DNA from: Candidatus Spyradenecus faecavium
Lineage (GTDB): Bacteria; Verrucomicrobiota; Kiritimatiellia; RFP12; DVOR01
Length of the DNA stretch: 33,240 nucleotides
Assembly: GCA_018713405.1 (NCBI GenBank)
Contig: DVOR01000156.1
Coordinates: 1 to 33,240 of the forward strand
Reading direction: 5' to 3'
Shown: positions 27,935-33,240 of the stretch, one piece after another
Layout of the letters: every line of letters starts with the position of its first letter
Numbering within the stretch: position 1 is the first letter of the stretch
Program-made: the position numbers and the translations under genes
Notes under the pieces: generated by a model
Told to the model about the DNA's origin: nothing
Seen by the model: only the letters and a program-made list of their open reading frames with translations
Database searches by the model: none

Positions 27935-28075
27935 ATCTCCAACAAGGGCACACGCTGCGGCAAAAGGAACCTCAATGGGTTCGTCGGAGTGTCCGACAAA
28001 GAATGCCTATAATTATAGCAACCTTTCCGTTCTGAGTCAAGCGCTATTTTCAGTCCTGCGTGCGCTAGCACGCCC

Positions 28076-28104
28076 TCAATCTGCAACCAATCTGCGCAAT
28101 CTGC
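28076..28104. repeat. Three copies of CAATCTGC spaced 11 and 9 nt apart
   Basis: CAATCTGCaacCAATCTGCgCAATCTGCg, read directly. Confidence 0.7.
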
Positions 28105-28173
28105 GGTTCCCTTGCGCCGCGCGGGACGCTGTGTCCCCCGACTTTCCCCGGGCAGGGGCCGGCCCGGATGGCC

Positions 28174-29559
28174 TCACGAGGCGGGGCGGAGGTCGTTCCA
28201 GATGGCACGGAAATGGGTGAGGAGGGCCTCGCGGCGGGCGGCAATCACCTCGTTTGAGAAGGAGGTCGGCAGGTCGTAGAGCAGGTCACGGATGTCGGTG
28301 GAGAGCTTGGCGCGGGCGCTCTCGCTGGCCCAGAAGTCCGGCTTGCCGAACACGCCGCGCACGGTCGCCAAGATTTGCTTGGCCACCCGCTTGGCCTTCG
28401 CCATGTCCTCCTTGGAGAGCGCGACCCCACTGCGGATCACGTCATAGACCGCCAACTCCTCCTCGCTCTCGAATCCCTCCCGCACATAACGGTTCTGCTC
28501 CTCCGTCAGGCGCTTGGAGAGCTCCAGCAATTCCAAGAAGAGCCGTTCGGTGGCCTCGGGGTCCTGGCAGGCGTTGTAGGCCTCGGCGAGCGCCTCGTAG
28601 GCCTTCAGGAAGTCGGTGCGGACGGGGTTCTTGCGCGCGAGCGCCGTCGCCTTGGCCTTGATCCGCTCCAACACCTCCTCCATCATCAGGCGCTTGTGCG
28701 AACTTCGCCGGAAGGCGTCGGCCAGGCGGCCGAAGTCGATGGCGGAGAGGTCGAGCGGCTCGGCGACGGCCTTGCCCGTGTCCGTCTCGACATGGACATA
28801 GGCGTCGACGATCCGTTGGATGGTGGCGGAGAGGTCCGTGACGTCAATCTCGCGCCGGCGGCTCTCGAAGAAGGCCGAGATGGCGCGGTGGGCCTCCCGT
28901 TCGTCGATTTCCTCCTCCGTCAGGCTCTCTCGCCCGATGAGCGCCGCGGTATGGGTGAGCATCCGCACGGCGGCGAGATAGGCCGCCTTGTTCTCGGCGC
29001 TTTGGCTGACGGCCTCAGCGGCGTCGGCCAACGCCTGCAGGCGCTCCGTGGCCGTCACCGCGCCGAAGAGCCGCTCAATCGCGAAGCCACCCTCCTCCAG
29101 GCGCCGCGTGGCCTCGGCCAACGCCTCGCGGAAGCGCGCCACGAGCGCGTCCAAATCTTGGAAGGGATCCTGCCCCGCCGCGCCCGCGACGTTCGTGTAG
29201 TCGGCCAACGCCTTGCGGAGGGCGTCGACGATGCCGATGTAGTCCACCACCAGCCCGCCGACCTTCCCGGCGTCCACGCGGTTCACGCGGGCGATGGTCT
29301 GCATCAGCGTGTGGGCCTTCAGCGGCTTGTCCAGATAGAGGCAGCTCAGCGGCTTCACGTCGAAGCCCGTCAGCCACATGGCGCAGACGAAGACCAGCCG
29401 TAACGGGTCCTCGCGGTCCTTGAAGCGCTTGTCCAGCCGCTTCTGCTCCATGAGGTCCCGATGCGGGCGGATGTCCAGCCCATGCTTCTCGAAGACGGTC
29501 TCTTCGCCCTGCGCCTTGCTCACCACCACGGCCATCTCGGTGTCTTCCATGGAAGCCAT
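28174..29559 (-). pseudogene. hsdR: Type I restriction enzyme R subunit, C-terminal ~460-aa remnant (5'-truncated)
   Basis: ...TEMAVVVSKAQGEETVFEKHGLDIRPHRDLMEQKRLDKRFKDREDPLRLVFVCAMWLTGFDVKPLSCLYLDKPLKAHTLMQTIARVNRV... is the helicase motif VI region plus the C-terminal helical domain of HsdR. The nuclease, Walker A and DEAH regions are absent. High-GC sequence ends near 29560 where the low-GC cassette begins. The first ~23 codons of the track ORF are junction sequence. Confidence 0.8.
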
Positions 29560-29662
29560 CTCTGACGAAATCCGACATATGTGATACGCTAAGTTGCACG
29601 AAACGCTGAGCGACAAAATAAGCGGCAAAAGGAGTTGCGATTAAGATGTTTTAGTATCCCCC

Positions 29663-31006
29663 TTACAGACTCTTATTCTCTCCGTCATTGGGTTCAAACA
29701 ACGTCAATTGGCACGCGATTGGCGGCGTGGCACGCTGAGAGCTTCCACCCCCGTTCGCCTCATCTTCCATCGCTTCCAGAAGACGTTTTCCCATGCGCGT
29801 AATGAGGGGGACGACAAGTGCATTCCCCATCGCAAAGTAACGGAACTTTTCAGGCACGCCAGGTACATCTGTCCATCCATCAGGGAAGCCGTTCAAGCGT
29901 TCACATTCCACGGGTGTGAGGATACGTAAACGTCCGGTTTGTGCGTCAGTGATAACGTGGGATGATCGGTTGACAGATCCCTCACTGGTGAGCATCGTCC
30001 TCGCAGGAAGTTCAAGCGCATCTGGAAATCGTACAGGGCCTTCCGAGAAGAAGTAGGGGTCTCCGTTTGGCTTGACGCGGGGGATACGCTTTGCGCCCTT
30101 TAAGAATTTCCATTTATCCAGAGCTCCATTGAGGAAGAAACGGGCCGGAACTTCATCTGTCAATCTGATTTTCCCAAGCGGCGTTGGAGGTTCGTGGACA
30201 GGGGTTGTCTCAAAGGAAAGGACTTTCCCATCAGACATCACGCCAGCTGAATAAAACGGAGCAGCGAACGAGTCTGAGACATTTGCCAAATCTGGGAATT
30301 CCACCGGACCGACAGAGGTCTGCGTGTATTTACGTTCATCTGCCATATCCCCCTCAATAGGGAAAGCCTTCGCGAAGAAGCCATCGTGCAAAATAGTGTC
30401 TTTCAGCGCATAGTCCGCATCTTCCTTAATGTGATTCGCCAAGGCTTCACCTAAGGCTGTATCTTTTCGATAAGCGAAAATAAACGTCCGACGGCGTCGT
30501 TGAGCGTTTCCATAATCCGCAGCATTGACGACTCGCCATTCCACAGCATAGCCTTGGTCAAGCAGGCAACGCAGAATGACTCCAAAATCTCGGCCTCTTT
30601 GTTTTGTCGGGGACTTGAGTAGCCGGTCGACATTTTCCAATAGTACGTATTGGGGATGATGTTCCGTAATGACATCATTAATCGACCACCACAAGACCCC
30701 TTTTTTGCCTTCCATCCCTTGCGCACCGGTTCGCGCTACGGAATAATCCTGACAGGGGAAACCGCCGACAAGTAAGTCGTGCTCTGGGATTTCATTTTTG
30801 ACAAGGGCAATGTCTTGGTTTACGTGGTTCGGTCCAGCCCCAAAGTGATGAGTATAACAGGTGAACGCGTGTTGAACTGTTTTCCCAGGTTCCCACTGGT
30901 TTGCCCAAACTGTCTTGAATCGTTCAGAAACTTGTTCAAGGCCAAGACGGAATCCGCCGACCCCTGCGAACAATTCCACCACGCGAATATCTTTGTTTTC
31001 TCTCAT
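29663..31006 (-). CDS. DNA (cytosine-5)-methyltransferase, probable partner of the Sau3AI-like enzyme
   Basis: 447-aa ORF with C5-MTase motifs I VVELFAGVGGFRLG, IV GGFPCQDYSVA, VI LLENVDRL, VIII QRRRRTFIFAY and X AMGNALVVPL. ATGA overlap with the upstream endonuclease gene (31003-31006). Confidence 0.92.
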   Translation of the reverse strand: MRENKDIRVVELFAGVGGFRLGLEQVSERFKTVWANQWEPGKTVQHAFTCYTHHFGAGPNHVNQDIALVKNEIPEHDLLVGGFPCQDYSVARTGAQGMEGKKGVLWWSINDVITEHHPQYVLLENVDRLLKSPTKQRGRDFGVILRCLLDQGYAVEWRVVNAADYGNAQRRRRTFIFAYRKDTALGEALANHIKEDADYALKDTILHDGFFAKAFPIEGDMADERKYTQTSVGPVEFPDLANVSDSFAAPFYSAGVMSDGKVLSFETTPVHEPPTPLGKIRLTDEVPARFFLNGALDKWKFLKGAKRIPRVKPNGDPYFFSEGPVRFPDALELPARTMLTSEGSVNRSSHVITDAQTGRLRILTPVECERLNGFPDGWTDVPGVPEKFRYFAMGNALVVPLITRMGKRLLEAMEDEANGGGSSQRATPPIACQLTLFEPNDGENKSL

Positions 31007-32394
31007 TGCCTTGCCCCAATCACCTGTTCGATGTATGGCTTGTTAAACCAGAAGCCTTGTTTGGTGATAGTGCGACCATCCGGCAACAAATCTGTGTCCA
31101 ACCCGTCATGTCCATGTGGGCGTACATGGGCAATACGATTGTCTTTGGATTTGGGCAAGTCATTCTTAGTCCCGTTTCCTTTCTTCCAAAGTCTCACGCC
31201 ACGGCGAATGGTTTGACGCGTTTGCTCCCATACTTTACTGACTTCATTCAAATCAGACTCCGGCATATGCCAGAAAACTGTTCGCCAAAGCCGAATTTCT
31301 CCGTCCTTTCCTTCTTTAAAAACCACAAAGAAGAACTTTCGAGTTCGCAACAATTCTCCGAATCTTGATTCTTCCCATGATGGTTCTTCCAGCAATTCCG
31401 CGATTCGGAAGGCGGGAAAGGAAATGTGCTCCTTCATTCGACCGTTCTTATTGACGAAAACAGTTTTTGCATAAATCCCAGCCTTTTGGAACTCTTCTGT
31501 ATCCGTCAATGGTCCCTTGATACCATAAATTGCAGAAACAATTTGAGCACGAACGTTTTTGGCTTTTCCACTAAGACCAAAATGAGACTCAAGCGCCTGT
31601 TGTGTCCACCCAATGTAGGGACGAATCATATCTTGGATATAATCCTCAAACCGACTCTTCAAGGCAGAGGCGTCACGAATAAGTTTCTCATCCGGGGCCT
31701 TCCCAAATGCTTGATTGATAACACGTGTCATATACGTTGCCTTTAACGCATAAGCTCTTTGCATGGCAAGAATCGGTGAATATGGTTGGCGACGTAAAGT
31801 GGCGTTGTTTGGGCCTTTGGGGCAAGCCGAAAGATAGGTTGTTTCTGCTTCAGACAACAGGTGTGCCTCCCCCGCACGAATTTTCCCGACAATCCACGCC
31901 CAATCCTGCTCGATGATCTTTAAATCTTCATATGAAAACTGATGCAAAAATGCGGCTGCAATACGAAAGTCCGCACGTTGTACGTCTTTCTTGTACTCAT
32001 ATGGCAGAATCAGCATTGTTTCGCATTTCTTCCAAAACGAACTATCAAAGAAGTTGGCCTTCTCTGCCTCCTCCATATAGTCAATGATATTACAGACCAA
32101 CCTCTCTTTTGCCCGAATCTTCTTATCCTTTCTCCGGACAAACGGTGTTACCTTCAGTTCTACTTTTGCCTCTGGAAAGTCATATTCCGCACGACTGTTT
32201 GGCGAAAAACCAAACCAACCTTCTTCTACGACTTGTCCTAGACTTCCTTTGTTGCCAGTGTGCGACAATCGTCCGTGGATATCCAGTTCCCCAAACGTCT
32301 TACCTACCACGCCTTTCGCGCGCGCCAACACTTCTTCTTTTGTCTTGTACTGTCCATTCATGACACTCATTATACCGCAATCAATAAGAATCAT
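31003..32394 (-). CDS. Sau3AI/MutH-family type II restriction endonuclease (predicted GATC specificity by family)
   Basis: 463-aa ORF. ...VGKTFGELD...DFPEAKVELKVTPF...AKERLVCNIIDY...IIEQDWAWIVGKIRAGEAHLLSEAETTYLSACPKGPNNATLRRQPYSPILAMQRAYALKATYMT...FFFVVF...HVRPHG... is colinear with my recollection of Sau3AI (two MutH-like halves). The start could instead be M9 (32370) or M12 (32361). Confidence 0.85.
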   Translation of the reverse strand: MILIDCGIMSVMNGQYKTKEEVLARAKGVVGKTFGELDIHGRLSHTGNKGSLGQVVEEGWFGFSPNSRAEYDFPEAKVELKVTPFVRRKDKKIRAKERLVCNIIDYMEEAEKANFFDSSFWKKCETMLILPYEYKKDVQRADFRIAAAFLHQFSYEDLKIIEQDWAWIVGKIRAGEAHLLSEAETTYLSACPKGPNNATLRRQPYSPILAMQRAYALKATYMTRVINQAFGKAPDEKLIRDASALKSRFEDYIQDMIRPYIGWTQQALESHFGLSGKAKNVRAQIVSAIYGIKGPLTDTEEFQKAGIYAKTVFVNKNGRMKEHISFPAFRIAELLEEPSWEESRFGELLRTRKFFFVVFKEGKDGEIRLWRTVFWHMPESDLNEVSKVWEQTRQTIRRGVRLWKKGNGTKNDLPKSKDNRIAHVRPHGHDGLDTDLLPDGRTITKQGFWFNKPYIEQVIGARQ

Positions 32395-32972
32395 GCGACA
32401 CTTTCAAGATAACGTCTCGCTTGTAAGGCGTAAAAGTGCTCCTGCGGTGCGAATTTCTGAAGAAAGTATTCGTAGATGCGGCCGAAGACGTCGCCGCCGA
32501 TGGTGTCGAGGACGGGGTCGTTGAAGGTGCGCACCAGGTCGGCCAGGATGGCCGGCGGCAGCTCGCCGTACTGCTTGGGGAGGACGCCCGCGAGATCGGG
32601 GGACTCGGCCTCGATGGCGGCCATGGCGGCGTTCAGCGCCTCGGCCAGGTTTTCGTCTCCCGGCAGGGCCGCCAAACGGTCGTAGCGCGCGGCCTCGGGG
32701 AGCCAGAGCACACCGTTGCCTGTGTAGTCCGCCTTTTCGATGTCGTCGATGTCGCGGGAGCGGCTGTTGGGATTATTCTTTCTCTTCTGCTCCAACTTCT
32801 CCGTCTGCCGGCGGAAGCGTCCCCACGCGTAGCGCAGGAAGATGAGCCCCATCACGGGCATGCAATATTGGCTCGACGTCAGCTTGGAGTTCGAGCGCAA
32901 CGCGTCCGCCGACTCCCAAAGCCGCGCCTCCAGCGCCCTCAGCCGCTCATTCCACGCCATCGTCTCTGCCAT
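32391..32972 (-). pseudogene. hsdM: Type I R-M methyltransferase subunit, N-terminal ~180-aa stub (3'-truncated)
   Basis: From MAETMAWNERLRALEARLWESADALRSNSKLTSSQYCMPVMGLIFLRYAWGRF...GDVFGRIYEYFLQKFA (HsdM_N-type region and the start of the catalytic domain). It then reads into low-GC sequence to a stop at 32391. The AdoMet-binding and NPPF/Y motifs are missing. No hsdS is present. Confidence 0.8.
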
Positions 32973-33141
32973 CGTCGTTCCTTTCCGGTCTTTCCCATAG
33001 GATACCACAACCGCCCACCCACCGTCAGCGGGGCGTTCGGAGGCTTGGCGGCGCCTCCTTTTCCGCGAAGACGCAAAGAGTGCGGGTGCTCCGGCGGGGA
33101 CGGTCCCCGCCGTCCACCCGCCCTTCACGACTTACGGGAAC

Positions 33142-33168
33142 GTCCTATTGGTCCTATTGGTCCTACCG
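33142..33168. repeat. 9-nt tandem repeat GTCCTATTG GTCCTATTG GTCCTACCG
   Basis: Read directly, upstream of the hsdM stub. Flanked by GC hairpins (GGCGGGGAcgGTCCCCGCC about 33103-33121; GCAGGGGGagcttCCCCCTGC about 33207-33227). Confidence 0.8.
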
Positions 33169-33240
33169 TGTCGCCTGGAGGCATGTCCGCAGGACGTGCC
33201 GCGGGTGCAGGGGGAGCTTCCCCCTGCCGGGGTTCAAGGG

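Larger units (their letters stand above)
29560..32440. other. Low-GC islet (type II R-M cassette) replacing the central part of the type I R-M operon
   Basis: Abrupt, easily visible drop in GC and GC3 relative to both flanks. Contains only the two R-M genes below. No integrase or transposase, and no terminal repeats recognised by eye. Confidence 0.8.

Noticed and set aside
27975-28220. 81-aa ORF in the convergent intergenic region
   Set aside because: It has no SD, crosses the AT-rich patch and the CAATCTGC array, overlaps the hsdR stub's 3' end, and its composition changes along its length. Likely non-coding.
29560-29662. Possible att site or terminal repeats of the low-GC cassette
   Set aside because: Comparing 29560-29662 with 32395-32475 by eye, I could not find convincing direct or inverted repeats. 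This needs a computed alignment, so nothing is claimed.

Overview
High-GC (about 70% by eye) chromosomal window from a diderm bacterium. Gene content (exosortase, GspK/L/M/D-type secretion genes, Lar cofactor genes) fits an environmental or gut anaerobe, possibly PVC-like, but the taxon cannot be fixed from sequence alone. Left to right: (1) a minus-strand block with a truncated AAA-ATPase-like gene, larE-larC-larB and a CbiM/NikM-PDGLE nickel/cobalt uptake component. (2) A stand-alone, visibly lower-GC gene encoding a PLD-family (HKD-like) nuclease domain fused to an SF3-helicase-like P-loop NTPase; this is my best candidate for an undescribed single-gene defence or mobile-element-interference function. 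(3) A roughly 12-kb housekeeping-looking segment bracketed by two inverted copies of a composite repeat. It holds a metallophosphoesterase, a LysM lipoprotein, nspC, a secreted coiled-coil protein, and a translationally coupled minus-strand operon (GT-C-like membrane protein, exosortase-EpsI fusion, DUF192, GT2, glycyl-radical activase, TrkH). The repeat consists of four 22-nt-phased palindromes, a hairpin with compensatory changes, and an 8-nt-unit tandem array. (4) A GspK/L-like/M-like/secretin cluster whose secretin beta-barrel domain has an abrupt internal GC/codon-usage drop. (5) A solute-binding-protein/permease fusion ABC component carrying out-of-frame-unit tandem repeats inside the CDS. 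(6) A degraded type I R-M locus (hsdM N-terminal stub and hsdR C-terminal stub) whose middle has been replaced by a low-GC Sau3AI-like endonuclease plus C5-cytosine methyltransferase cassette. No rRNA, tRNA, CRISPR array, transposase or integrase was recognised. Many long ORFs in the supplied track are antisense or off-frame artefacts of high GC. All similarity calls come from motif recognition by eye; no searches were run.
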